A stretch of 64,000 nt of DNA from a virus. The notes under the pieces were generated by a model. It worked only from the letters and a program-made list of their open reading frames with translations, had not been told where the DNA came from and ran no database searches. The stretch spans positions 1 through 64,000 of the IMG/VR virus record IMGVR_UViG_3300046010_015054. One strand, written 5' to 3'. Below, piece by piece: positions 47,076 through 58,600 of the stretch (its first letter is position 1; each line of letters opens with the position of its first letter). The position numbers and the translations under genes are program-made.

Positions 47076-47767
47076 TTTTTAATTATTATTGACATATTAT
47101 TTCCTAAAGGTTCTTTAATTTTTATAATAGGTAAAACACCAAATAATTTTTTTAGAAACTTAATTACTTTAGGTGTCATAAACTCAGGAAATATATCGTG
47201 AAGTACAATTATATATTCTTTATCTAATAAAGGATAAATTGCTTCTATATCTTTTATTAATTGATCAGGAAAATGTCCTCCATCAATAAAAATAAAGTCT
47301 AAAGGCTCTGTAATGTGCTTTTTAATACATTTTTCAGTATCATTAGGACTCCAACCTATTTCTAAAAAAACATTATCTTTTAAATCAAAATGTTCTATTA
47401 AGTAATTAGCAGATTTATAACCATCTGCATCATAAAACAATGAAGGATTTTGATTTTCATAAGTCCAAAAAGAATTTACTTCTTCTTCAATATAGGCATC
47501 CATTGAAACAAGTTTACCTCCTGTTTGTTTAAATCCTAATCCTAAAGCGGTTGTACTAATGCCAAACGCTGTAGCTATTTCAAAACCATTTTTACAATTA
47601 TATTCTACTATAGTATTTTTTAAAAATTCAAATTCAGTAGGTCTAATTGAATAAGGAAAATCATGACCAACCATTTTTAAATTTTTACCTAAACCATATT
47701 CTCCAGGAGCTATTTCATACTGAACAGGTCCATCTTTTAGATTAAGTAGATTTTCAAAATAGTCCAT
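47072..47767 (-). CDS. class I methyltransferase (Methyltransf_24-like)
   Basis: EIATAFGIST, FIFIDGGH, VLHD. Confidence 0.8.
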   Translation of the reverse strand: MDYFENLLNLKDGPVQYEIAPGEYGLGKNLKMVGHDFPYSIRPTEFEFLKNTIVEYNCKNGFEIATAFGISTTALGLGFKQTGGKLVSMDAYIEEEVNSFWTYENQNPSLFYDADGYKSANYLIEHFDLKDNVFLEIGWSPNDTEKCIKKHITEPLDFIFIDGGHFPDQLIKDIEAIYPLLDKEYIIVLHDIFPEFMTPKVIKFLKKLFGVLPIIKIKEPLGNNMSIIIKK

Positions 47768-47769
47768 AA

Positions 47770-48420
47770 TTATTTTATTTTAGCAAATCCAATCCCCCAA
47801 TCATCTTGTTGCTCACAATATTGAGTAACTTCAAAAATATCTGGGTTTAGGTTTTTAATAATTCTACTAGGGCCTGGGTGATAATTTGTGTCATGGAAAC
47901 CTATTACCCCACCAGGTGCCATGAAATCAACATACCAAAGTTCATCAATAACTTGATTAATAGAATGCCAACCATCTACAAATAAAAAGTCAATTTGAGA
48001 TATTTTTAGAGCATCTAATTTAGCTTGAATTTTTTCATAATCTTCACTTTTAGATTGTAAAGTAAAAATATTTCGACCCATTCCCTGTAAGAATGTTTTA
48101 TCATCAATATCAATTCCTAAATAAATAGCTTTAGGATTTTTATGTTTTAAAAGTATAGAGGTTGAAGTTTGGTCGTAGGATTGGTTATAAGTAATTCTTG
48201 AAACACCAATTTCGACAATAACCTTAGTTTGGTCTTTTACTTTAGTAAATTCTTCGGTCAATGCTGCTTGGTTGCACATTGAAAATTCTTTGTTCCCTAC
48301 TAATTCAAAAGGGTTAGGGAATTGAGGTATAAAATCTTTATCGTTATCTTCTAAATTTTCTAGTCTAATATCATTTACAAGATATTTTTGTATATTATGT
48401 TTTCTAAAGTTGTTTTCCAT
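47770..48420 (-). CDS. class I methyltransferase (Methyltransf_24-like)
   Basis: IVEIGV, FLFVDGWHS, PGGVIGFHDT, GP. Confidence 0.8.
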   Translation of the reverse strand: MENNFRKHNIQKYLVNDIRLENLEDNDKDFIPQFPNPFELVGNKEFSMCNQAALTEEFTKVKDQTKVIVEIGVSRITYNQSYDQTSTSILLKHKNPKAIYLGIDIDDKTFLQGMGRNIFTLQSKSEDYEKIQAKLDALKISQIDFLFVDGWHSINQVIDELWYVDFMAPGGVIGFHDTNYHPGPSRIIKNLNPDIFEVTQYCEQQDDWGIGFAKIK

Positions 48421-48430
48421 TTTATTATTA

Positions 48431-49666
48431 TTAAAAAATTCTATATGCTAAATCTTCAGAAAACTCTTCTTTACCCCATTTTTCAATAGCAGCTTTATAT
48501 TCAGGTTTATCTGTTTCGTGATTAATTGCTTGTTTCATAGCTAAACCACCTGCTAAAGTTCCCATAGGATGACCATGTAATGCTCCTCCTACATTAGCTA
48601 ACCAATCATTACTTTCTAACGACTGATTAATAAATTGAACTAGTCCTGGGTGCATACCGCAACTTAAAGCAGGGACAATATTGTAATGCCAAAGTACTTT
48701 TAAGGCATCTCTTAATTCTTCTTCGTCTTGATTCATGTAACCACCAATCATACCAGCGTGGATTGAATCAGCACCTGACCATCCTGCTATCTTACATATT
48801 ACAGGCCAGTAAATATGGAATGGTGCTCTTCTATCTGTAAAGAATTTATCACCACTCTTTTGGAAGTGAATCCATAAACAAGGATTTTGTTTTCTAATTG
48901 CTCTGTATATTCCTAATCCACTCCAAACGTTAATGTGAATGCCATTTCCACCATTATCTGCTACAAATTTAGCTCTTTCTAAGGCATATGGGCTATCCCC
49001 ATTTATACAAAAACAATAAATAACGTCAGGAGCATTTTCTTTAAGCCATGATGCAATCAAAGGTACTCTTACTTCAAGAGGACAATGTTCTGGGTTAGCT
49101 AATAATTCATCTTCTTTAATAAAATTAACTCCCCCATAAACCATTTCTTTTACTGCTTCTAGTAGTACTTCAGGACTCATCCCTACTTTAGGTTTAATAA
49201 TACCTCCTAAAAATGGTTTGTCATAAACCTTATTAAATTTTCTCCAACCATCAATTCCGTAGGCAGGTTTTAAAGCAAATTGTTCCTCTACTTTTTCTGG
49301 GAGTTGGATATCAAGTACTTGGCATTTTTGAATTTCTAAGATATCAACTTGACCACCTGCTATATGGCATAAAATTTGAGAAATACCATCTTCTTCAAGA
49401 TTAATATTAGCTAAAGGAAATGCTATTTTTACATTTCCTGCTTTAGTAGATTTAAGATATTCTTGATTAGCTAAAATAAAACAACTATGGTTTTCAAACA
49501 TTTCTTCTGTTTCCCATATACTTCTATTATTAGGATTACCTATACTTTGACCTATAGCTAAATTCCAAGCTGCTTCTCGAAGTGAAGTTTTTGCTTCTAA
49601 ATAATAAGTAACTATAAAGTATTTTTCTTTATTTATTTCTTCTTCTGTTCTAAAAATTTTAATCAT
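48431..49666 (-). CDS. RuBisCO-like protein (form IV RLP)
   Basis: IIKPKVG, GG.NFIKEDE, IHAG, PALSCG.HPG, GGA.HGHP.G...G..A..QA. Confidence 0.9.
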   Translation of the reverse strand: MIKIFRTEEEINKEKYFIVTYYLEAKTSLREAAWNLAIGQSIGNPNNRSIWETEEMFENHSCFILANQEYLKSTKAGNVKIAFPLANINLEEDGISQILCHIAGGQVDILEIQKCQVLDIQLPEKVEEQFALKPAYGIDGWRKFNKVYDKPFLGGIIKPKVGMSPEVLLEAVKEMVYGGVNFIKEDELLANPEHCPLEVRVPLIASWLKENAPDVIYCFCINGDSPYALERAKFVADNGGNGIHINVWSGLGIYRAIRKQNPCLWIHFQKSGDKFFTDRRAPFHIYWPVICKIAGWSGADSIHAGMIGGYMNQDEEELRDALKVLWHYNIVPALSCGMHPGLVQFINQSLESNDWLANVGGALHGHPMGTLAGGLAMKQAINHETDKPEYKAAIEKWGKEEFSEDLAYRIF

Positions 49667-49669
49667 AAC

Positions 49670-49990
49670 TTATACTATATACTTATCTCCTTTTACACTA
49701 GGGGTTTTTACAACTATTAGTTCACAATTAGTTAAAAATTCAGGAACTGCTACTTCACCCGGGTGTAGAATAAATATATCACCCTTTTTTAAGTAAGTCC
49801 CGCTTAACTTCATCTTCCCACGAATAATATAATTTATTTCAGTAGCTACTTTGTGGTAGTGGTTATCCCAAATTTCTCCTTTTGGGTGAAACTTATAACT
49901 AACTTCAAATTCTTTTGTAGAATAAGCAGTTGGTTCGAAGTCACCTACAAACCAACCACCTACCATATTTTTACCTTTTAAAACGTCCAT
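49670..49990 (-). CDS. cupin-fold protein
   Basis: GGWFVGDFEP, HYHK.ATE..Y..G, GDIF.L.PGE. Confidence 0.75.
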   Translation of the reverse strand: MDVLKGKNMVGGWFVGDFEPTAYSTKEFEVSYKFHPKGEIWDNHYHKVATEINYIIRGKMKLSGTYLKKGDIFILHPGEVAVPEFLTNCELIVVKTPSVKGDKYIV

Positions 49991-51363
49991 TATTTAAAAT
50001 TTTCAAGATAATACGTTAACTCTTCAGGGGTACCTAATCCCCACATATCATCTTTATCAATCATAAAACATGAAATATGTTTATCATCTTGAATAGCTTC
50101 ATTATATACAGGACAAACATAAAATTCATTATTTACCCTAATATTTTTAGAAATCATTTGTTCAGCATATTTTACAAAGTCTGAACCTTGTTTCCAGTAA
50201 TACATTCCAACTGTTGCATTATCTGAGATTGGGTTTTTTTCTGCTACTTCGGTTACTCTATTATTTTCATCTACTTTAGCAAATGACCATTTAGGATGAG
50301 TGCCTTTAAAACATAAAATACCTCCATCAACACTAGTTTCATTCATTTTATAAAAGAATTCATTTGAATCCCAAATAATATGTTGATCTGAATTAGCAAA
50401 CAAAAGTGGAGAATCATTATCAATATATTCTTTAGCTAATAAAGCAGTACAAGCAGCACCTTCGGTTACACCATCTACTTCTATAATTTTACATCCTGGA
50501 GTAAGTAAATTGAGTAGAGTATCTAAGTTGTATTTTTCTCTATGTTCTTTTTGTACTGCATAGATAAAATTAGCTTTAATGTTAAGCATTTCAACTACAA
50601 CTTGAATCATAGGTTTACCTTTAACATCAATTAAAGGTTTAGGGAATGTATAACCCGCTTGAGCAAATCTAGAACCTGCTCCAGCCATTGGTATAATTAC
50701 ATTTAATTTATTATCTCTCCAAGCAGGTGATTTCATGACGTATCCTTTTTCTATTTCTGTTAATTTATTAAAAATATTTGTATAAGTAACTTCTTTTGGA
50801 TTTTTTACTCTTAAAATATGTGATTTACTTCTTGAAGCTGCTAATAATCCATAAGGTGAATCTTCTACAATAAGTGTTTCTTCTGGGAGGCAACTCATCA
50901 TAGAAATAGCCTTCCAATACATTTCAGGGTGTGGTTTGCTATTTTTAACGTCTTCGTTAGAAATAACTAAATCCATAAATTCCATTATCCCTAACTTAGA
51001 AAGTACAGTTAATACTGTTTTTCGAATGCTATTAGAACAAACTGCTAGTTTATAACCGCTTTCAGATAAAGATGACATCATTAATTGAAATTCTTCATTC
51101 GGTTTAAGGGCACGAAGTTCTTCTAAAGTATATTTTTGTTTATCTTCCCAAACTTTAGAATGTAATTCAACTGGTAAACCTTTTTCCTTAGTTAACATTT
51201 CAAGTTTTTGATTGGTTTTTAAACCATCATATTTACTTAAATGTTCTTTCCAACTAATAGAATATTCATTCCCTAAAGCTTTATTTAGGGCTTCATAATG
51301 AAGATTTTTAGCTTCAACTAATACTCCATCTAAATCAAAAATAATTAACTTTATCATTTCCAC
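49990..51363 (-). CDS. HAD phosphatase fused to sugar-phosphate nucleotidyltransferase
   Basis: FDLDGVL, KPHP, VEDS; then IPMAGAGSRF...PKPLI, EK.PIS..ATVG.YY, GLGTPE. Confidence 0.88.
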   Translation of the reverse strand: MEMIKLIIFDLDGVLVEAKNLHYEALNKALGNEYSISWKEHLSKYDGLKTNQKLEMLTKEKGLPVELHSKVWEDKQKYTLEELRALKPNEEFQLMMSSLSESGYKLAVCSNSIRKTVLTVLSKLGIMEFMDLVISNEDVKNSKPHPEMYWKAISMMSCLPEETLIVEDSPYGLLAASRSKSHILRVKNPKEVTYTNIFNKLTEIEKGYVMKSPAWRDNKLNVIIPMAGAGSRFAQAGYTFPKPLIDVKGKPMIQVVVEMLNIKANFIYAVQKEHREKYNLDTLLNLLTPGCKIIEVDGVTEGAACTALLAKEYIDNDSPLLFANSDQHIIWDSNEFFYKMNETSVDGGILCFKGTHPKWSFAKVDENNRVTEVAEKNPISDNATVGMYYWKQGSDFVKYAEQMISKNIRVNNEFYVCPVYNEAIQDDKHISCFMIDKDDMWGLGTPEELTYYLENFK

Positions 51364-51716
51364 TTATTTCTCATAACTAGCTGGGCAATGATTCCATAGT
51401 TTGAAATGTCAATAAAACTATCAATTGCGGCTTCTCCTGCTACGTAATTTTTACCATTACGCTTAAGAATATTCTTTAAGCGATTGATTTTATCATTACA
51501 GCGAAGCCAGATGCCTGTGATTGAAAGGTTTATATCATCTTGGTCTTCGAGTGTTGAGCCCAAAGCAATATTACCTAGACCGTAATCCATCATTTTAGCA
51601 GCGAACAATTCATATTGTTCCTCTTGAATTTGCTTAAATTCAGCTGCTAATTCAGGGTATGTTTTTTGAAAATCTGTAACTGCTTTTGAATTACCGTAAC
51701 CTGCTTGTTCTTCCAT
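51354..51716 (-). CDS. nucleotide-modification-associated domain 1 (DUF1599/Nmad1)-like protein
   Basis: K..DYG, LR.NDK.NRL, DSFIDISNYGII. Confidence 0.7.
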   Translation of the reverse strand: MEEQAGYGNSKAVTDFQKTYPELAAEFKQIQEEQYELFAAKMMDYGLGNIALGSTLEDQDDINLSITGIWLRCNDKINRLKNILKRNGKNYVAGEAAIDSFIDISNYGIIAQLVMRNKWK

Positions 51717-51717
51717 T

Positions 51718-52395
51718 TTATTTATTGTTTATGTAAATTATAACTTCATTATAGTATTCTATAAAATGCTCATTCCACAAATCCCATTTTATATCTATCC
51801 CATCTACAGAATATACAGCATGATTTGGAAAAAGCCTAAGGAAAACATCCCTAAATACTCTAAATTGTTGTTTTAGTTCTGGGGTAGATAGATGCCATTC
51901 ACCTACTGCTACTCCTAGATTATCTTTTAACCAACAAAGATTTTCAAAATTAAAAATACTATATTCTCCTCCTTCACAATCTGTTTTAAGAAAATCTATC
52001 TTATTAATATTATTTTCTTTTAGTAAAGTTTTAAATGAAATACCCTCTAATGTTGAAGATTTTGTTGGATCAAAAATTTCAGTAGTAGCTAATTCACCAT
52101 CAGTAGGTGTTATAGCTTTTTTAATAATAGTAACAGGACCTCCTTGTGTATTTTTTTCTAAAGTAGGGTGTTCAATTACTGATGGTTCTATACAAAATAC
52201 TTTAGATGGATTTTTATGAAGTATAGAATAAGTAAAAGGACCAATGCTAGAACCAACATCTAATACAATATCACCTTCTTCAACTTCAAAAAACTTTTCG
52301 TATAAATTTTGTTCAAAAATTTCAAATGTAATAGCCTTTTGGTGAAAAGCATCTCCTTCAGCCATCCAACCCCAGTCAAAACCTTTTAAATCCAT
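51718..52395 (-). CDS. FkbM-family methyltransferase
   Basis: VLDVGSSIG.F, IEP, IDFLKTDCEGGE, EWH. Confidence 0.88.
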   Translation of the reverse strand: MDLKGFDWGWMAEGDAFHQKAITFEIFEQNLYEKFFEVEEGDIVLDVGSSIGPFTYSILHKNPSKVFCIEPSVIEHPTLEKNTQGGPVTIIKKAITPTDGELATTEIFDPTKSSTLEGISFKTLLKENNINKIDFLKTDCEGGEYSIFNFENLCWLKDNLGVAVGEWHLSTPELKQQFRVFRDVFLRLFPNHAVYSVDGIDIKWDLWNEHFIEYYNEVIIYINNK

Positions 52396-52396
52396 A

Positions 52397-52813
52397 TTAA
52401 AGTTTTTTAATTAACTTATCTTGTTCTTTAACGTCAACTCCCATTTCCCACAAAATATGTCGAACACCTGGTTCTCGAATTATATCAATATAGTGATCAG
52501 CTTCACCTAAACTACATTCATAATATTTTGCTATGTATTCTACTACTTCTTGTGGTTTTATTTTTTTATTTGATTTAGTGTATTTTAAAAATACATTTTT
52601 CTTGGGAATCATTTGACAATAAATGGTATAATATTTTTCTTTTTCGGTAAACGGGATTGTTTGGACATAATTTACAAATTCTATATAATTAACATCCATC
52701 GATAAATACCGATTAATCATGAAAACATTAAAAGACTCGCGATCTTTCTCAGAAAAATTTTCCCAAGGTGTTTTATTGGTTGTTATTTCTTTTAACCAAT
52801 CAAACAAATTCAT
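52397..52813 (-). CDS. clamp loader small subunit (T4 gp62-like)
   Basis: MNLFDWL..I, FMINRYLS, YY.CS..EA; near the gp44-like gene. Confidence 0.75.
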   Translation of the reverse strand: MNLFDWLKEITTNKTPWENFSEKDRESFNVFMINRYLSMDVNYIEFVNYVQTIPFTEKEKYYTIYCQMIPKKNVFLKYTKSNKKIKPQEVVEYIAKYYECSLGEADHYIDIIREPGVRHILWEMGVDVKEQDKLIKKL

Positions 52814-53042
52814 TGTACTCGTCTTGTAAATCCTTAGGTAAAGTATCTTTTAGAATTTTACCACTAGTTACATCATAAAATACGGGGATAGGGATAATAG
52901 CATCCTCTGCAGTTCCGGTCATAAATTTAGAAGCTTTGCGAAGAATAAGACCTTCAGCAAATACTACATTACCATCTTCTGATTTTACGATTTCTGTATT
53001 TTTTAGATTAATATTTAATCTAGGTTGTTCTGTGTTTTTCAT
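52800..53042 (-). CDS. hypothetical protein
   Basis: Start at MKNTEQ; LRK.SKF.TG..DA.IPIPVF. Confidence 0.65.
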   Translation of the reverse strand: MKNTEQPRLNINLKNTEIVKSEDGNVVFAEGLILRKASKFMTGTAEDAIIPIPVFYDVTSGKILKDTLPKDLQDEYNEFV

Positions 53043-53236
53043 GAGTTTTCTTTTTTGTGTTTTAACCAATCTAAATAAAAGCCTATTCCTACTATTATAT
53101 TCATCCCAAAGGAAGCTATAATTTCATATAAATCTTCATATACATTTGTTGTTAGGTGAACGTGTCCTACCATCCAAAAAGGTATTGACAAATTACCACT
53201 AATCCAACTTAATGTATATGAGATAAATTTTTTCAT
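53039..53236 (-). CDS. small membrane protein
   Basis: Start at MKKFISY; two hydrophobic segments. Confidence 0.6.
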   Translation of the reverse strand: MKKFISYTLSWISGNLSIPFWMVGHVHLTTNVYEDLYEIIASFGMNIIVGIGFYLDWLKHKKENS

Positions 53237-54138
53237 AGAGCTTGAATAACTTTTGCAATACAAGCCATGATATTAATTTCTTTATCTATTCTAAAATTAG
53301 CATGATATTGATATTCTTCAAGAATAATTGTTATAACTCCCTCGTTCCCTCCAGCATATGTTGAAGCTTTCTCGTAAAGTGCTTTAAATAATTCATCATA
53401 ATCATTAATATTAGAATCTGTAATTATCTGGCGGATATTTTTCCAGTTTTTACTGGTTTTAAGTTCGTTTATAACTTGCTCAATGTAATTATTCGATACA
53501 AGTATTGATTTATCTAAAGTAAGTTTATTATCAATTGTAGATAATTGAGCTGTACCTAAAATTTTACGAACATCTGGGTAAAATTGTTTAACAATAGTGC
53601 CTAATGATTCTTTATCCCAATCAATATTTTCTTTATCTAAAATACCTGCTACGTGTCGCGCAACATCCTTCATTGAAGGAGGTATAATTTTAAGTACCTG
53701 ACAACGTGATTGAAGAGGGTCAATAATACGCTCAACAAAGTTACAAGTTAAAATAAAACGAGTACTTCGTGAAAAAGTTTCAATAACACTTCTTAATGAA
53801 GCTTGGGCTTGAATTGTTAAGAAATCTGCTTCGTCTAAAATAACTACTTTGAGTGGTTTGAACGAAGCAACCGAAGCAAAACCGGACACTTTGTCCCTAA
53901 TTGTTTCAATTCCTCTTTCGTCTGAGGCATTGATGTAAAGATGGTCACAATTAAGGTTATTAACAATGAGCTTAGCAAGAGTAGTTTTGCCAGTTCCAGC
54001 GGGTCCATAAAATATAAGATTTTGAATGTCGTTCTGTTCTAAATATTTAGAAATTGTCAGTTTGACATTCTCATTTCCTACATATTCATCAAGGGTTTTA
54101 CTTCGGTACTTCTCAACAAGTAAAGTATGTTCTTTCAT
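53233..54138 (-). CDS. clamp loader AAA+ subunit (RFC/T4 gp44-like)
   Basis: EKYR, GPAGTGKTT, NASDERG, ILDEAD, LQSRC. Confidence 0.95.
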   Translation of the reverse strand: MKEHTLLVEKYRSKTLDEYVGNENVKLTISKYLEQNDIQNLIFYGPAGTGKTTLAKLIVNNLNCDHLYINASDERGIETIRDKVSGFASVASFKPLKVVILDEADFLTIQAQASLRSVIETFSRSTRFILTCNFVERIIDPLQSRCQVLKIIPPSMKDVARHVAGILDKENIDWDKESLGTIVKQFYPDVRKILGTAQLSTIDNKLTLDKSILVSNNYIEQVINELKTSKNWKNIRQIITDSNINDYDELFKALYEKASTYAGGNEGVITIILEEYQYHANFRIDKEINIMACIAKVIQAL

Positions 54139-54147
54139 ACTTAGAAG

Positions 54148-55803
<1,656 letters not shown>

Positions 55804-56094
55804 TTATTTATTAATTTTTGCTAAAATATCATTTTCTTTACCAATCCAGTATTCTTCACCTTGATATTCAAATTTGGTAAATCCTAATGCAGGTAATACA
55901 ACAATATCTCCTACTTCGAGGATAGTTTTAACAAATTTTCCATAACCTGATTCAAAACCAGGGCCAATAGAAATAACTTCTGCTGTTTTATTTCTTTCAC
56001 TACCCAAATCAGGTACAATAATATTACCATAAAGAGTTTCTTCCAATTCAATTGGTTTTACTATAATGGCATTAAATAGGGCTTCTAATTTCAT
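55804..56094 (-). CDS. groES: co-chaperonin GroES
   Basis: GNII.PD, V..GPG, VGD.V, E.DILA; adjacent to groEL. Confidence 0.92.
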   Translation of the reverse strand: MKLEALFNAIIVKPIELEETLYGNIIVPDLGSERNKTAEVISIGPGFESGYGKFVKTILEVGDIVVLPALGFTKFEYQGEEYWIGKENDILAKINK

Positions 56095-56378
56095 AACTCT
56101 GTTAGTTTACTTAATCTATCAATTATTTTATTATATTCTTTAATGAATTCTTTTACACTTTCGTAACTACCTTTTTTAACTTCACTTTTAGCAATTGCCT
56201 TTAAACAACTACCAAAATCAGAGAAAAACCCTAAAGTGTTTTGATATTCTTTACCACTTTCTTGGGCTACAATTATTTCTTGTACTGCATAGCAGTAGTC
56301 ATCTAATTGTATAAAATAAGGTTCGAGAGCAGGATCTTTAATGTACCGGATTCCTGTCGGTTTTTGGTTGTCACTCAT
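56091..56378 (-). CDS. hypothetical protein
   Basis: 95-aa ORF heading the groES-groEL unit. Confidence 0.7.
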   Translation of the reverse strand: MSDNQKPTGIRYIKDPALEPYFIQLDDYCYAVQEIIVAQESGKEYQNTLGFFSDFGSCLKAIAKSEVKKGSYESVKEFIKEYNKIIDRLSKLTEL

Positions 56379-56454
56379 AAACTTTTTAATTATAACCGAA
56401 GATACGAAAAGACCTAATACCCGGCAAGCTAAAGTACGAGGTCTTTTATAAATA

Positions 56455-57201
56455 TTAAAGATCTGCTTTTCTTACTAAAAAGTAAGTACTTTCAATATTT
56501 TCGTTTTCAAATTGCAATTTTAATAACCCTTGAGTGTTTAAACTCATGTGAGCTGTTTCAAAATCTTTATTATTACTTAATATAGTTTTAAGAATGTCAG
56601 AATTAAACGGAATTACAAAATCCATAGTTCCATTTGATAAAGAAACATCTTGAATTATATAATTAATTTTATTAGAATGTTCTGAATTGTCTCCAAAGAT
56701 TAATTCTAATACAGCTTCACCATCAAAATTTCTACCTACATTAAAAATAACATTATCACTATCTAAAGCTGATTTTGCTCTAATAATGTTATCTACTATT
56801 TCTTTAGTTAAATCACAATTAATCTCAAATGTAAAATTATCAGTAGGTTCATTTAATTTTTTAAACTGGTTAAGTAAAATATCACCTAGTGGATAATGTA
56901 GTGTGTAATTGGTATCTGAAAATGAAAGTTTAGTAAATACTTTATTTATAGAATCTAATTTTAATTCTATTAATCCTGTTGTTACTGCAAGTAATTTATT
57001 AAGTTTACTTGTATCAGTTATACCAATTTCACAATTATTTAAAGGAAAATTTTTATGGCATATTTTACCAATCATTTCCTTATTAGGTGATTTAAAACTA
57101 ATATTTAATTTTTTATCACTTACTTCCCACCTAACAGCTTCATTAAGACCTCCCAAAAAATATTTTGAAATAATTGATTGGAGTTCACTTTTATTAATCA
57201 T
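56455..57201 (-). CDS. DNA sliding clamp (gp45/PCNA-like)
   Basis: 248 aa, beta-rich, ends GLLKL.F...STYFLV; sits between polB and the clamp loader. Confidence 0.7.
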   Translation of the reverse strand: MINKSELQSIISKYFLGGLNEAVRWEVSDKKLNISFKSPNKEMIGKICHKNFPLNNCEIGITDTSKLNKLLAVTTGLIELKLDSINKVFTKLSFSDTNYTLHYPLGDILLNQFKKLNEPTDNFTFEINCDLTKEIVDNIIRAKSALDSDNVIFNVGRNFDGEAVLELIFGDNSEHSNKINYIIQDVSLSNGTMDFVIPFNSDILKTILSNNKDFETAHMSLNTQGLLKLQFENENIESTYFLVRKADL

Positions 57202-57204
57202 AAC

Positions 57205-58134
57205 TTATATATTAAAAAACATTGTAATGTAAGGGTTAAGATTTAAACTCCAACCCAAATCATGATAAAAACCTTCTAATTTACTTTCAAGAATAGACTC
57301 AAAAGATTTATTTTTATTTGCGTACTTATTTAAAAGATCTTTTATTTTATCAGGCATATCAAAATCAAGAAAAGCAAGTGCCTCTATTTTATAAGGATTA
57401 TCTTTTAAGTAAATCCATTTTACTTTATCACCTTGTACAATACGAGAATGTTGCTTATCTAAGCCCCAAAATGATAATAAATCATTATATTTAATAGCAG
57501 CTTTAACTGAAGCAGGTGCTCCTTGTTTAATAGCAGAGAACATTTCACCTTTTTTAGCTTTACGTTCAATGTATTTATCTAAAGTTTTAACTGAAGTAGG
57601 GTTACCTAAAATAGCAATATCTAAATCTTTAGAAAGAATATAATTTTTAAAATCTAAAAGTAATTTATCAATTTCTTTTTGATCAGATCCTTTTAGTACT
57701 TTTTCTAAGATTGAATTAAAGAATTTACCAAATATTGGAGGGAAATTAGCTTTCATAAACTCTAACCCTTTAATATCTAATTCTTCTTTAGTTACACCTT
57801 CTTTTTTAGTAATCCATTGAGCATATCTACGAGTAGCTCTAAAATAGGCCGAACGAATAACTGCTTCAGTTTTCATTTCAAATCGGTGTTCTTTAATATT
57901 GAATACTTCTTCAGCCATTTGTTGGTAGTACCCCGTAATTAAATCTTGGTATTTAAGGGCAATCTTTTCTAATGCTTCATCTCTTTCTGCTTCAGACATC
58001 TCATCAAAATTAGGATAAAGATGCTTTAATAAAGGCTCTGCATTATAATAGTTAGAATCCGTATCTACATAAGCACAGAAATTCACGTCATCTTCTTTAC
58101 AGATGAACCACGGAGTACCTTCTAAATGAATCAT
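57205..58134 (-). CDS. family B DNA polymerase, C-terminal part
   Basis: YVDTDS (motif C), RRYA, IKGLE. Confidence 0.92.
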   Translation of the reverse strand: MIHLEGTPWFICKEDDVNFCAYVDTDSNYYNAEPLLKHLYPNFDEMSEAERDEALEKIALKYQDLITGYYQQMAEEVFNIKEHRFEMKTEAVIRSAYFRATRRYAQWITKKEGVTKEELDIKGLEFMKANFPPIFGKFFNSILEKVLKGSDQKEIDKLLLDFKNYILSKDLDIAILGNPTSVKTLDKYIERKAKKGEMFSAIKQGAPASVKAAIKYNDLLSFWGLDKQHSRIVQGDKVKWIYLKDNPYKIEALAFLDFDMPDKIKDLLNKYANKNKSFESILESKLEGFYHDLGWSLNLNPYITMFFNI

Positions 58135-58355
58135 TCTATTACTTGAATTTCGCCTAAATTATCAGACGGAATATAATATTTAAAATCATACCCATCAAGC
58201 CATTCAGTAACAATTTTCTGCATAGCAGAAGACTTACCAGTGATAATTTTAGTATTTTTAAATTCTTGAGAATGCCAAAAGAAAAAATCAACTAATTCTT
58301 TCTCAACATCCTCATGTTTAACACCATGTAAATCTAGGGTTCTTTGTGTTTTCAT
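58131..58355 (-). CDS. stand-alone Smr-domain protein
   Basis: TLDLHG, IITGKS, N.G. Confidence 0.8.
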   Translation of the reverse strand: MKTQRTLDLHGVKHEDVEKELVDFFFWHSQEFKNTKIITGKSSAMQKIVTEWLDGYDFKYYIPSDNLGEIQVIE

Positions 58356-58600
58356 TCTTCATCAAATACTTCTAAAGGTTGTTCTTCTTCTCCTTTAGAA
58401 TTATAAATGGTTTCTAGAGCAAAAATAGTAAATTTTTTACCTTTAATTTTAAAAGTACCTCCTTGTTTTAACATTTTCTTTAATAAAGAGGTTTCTTTAT
58501 CTGACCAATTTAAAGTAAGATTAATTAATTGATCTTTATTTAATTGTTCTCCATCACAAAATATAGTGACTCCGTTTCGAATTGATTGTTTTGATATCAT
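58352..58600 (-). CDS. hypothetical protein
   Basis: 82-aa ORF inside the polB split, ATGA-type coupling. Confidence 0.7.
   Translation of the reverse strand: MISKQSIRNGVTIFCDGEQLNKDQLINLTLNWSDKETSLLKKMLKQGGTFKIKGKKFTIFALETIYNSKGEEEQPLEVFDEE

Noticed and set aside
48431-49666. Bona fide CO2-fixing RuBisCO
   Set aside because: Equivalents of E60, H294, R295 and K334 appear substituted, and no phosphoribulokinase or small subunit is nearby.
58131-58600. Intron or intein in polB
   Set aside because: The gap is filled by two translationally coupled ORFs; no splice-junction residues or homing-endonuclease motifs were seen.
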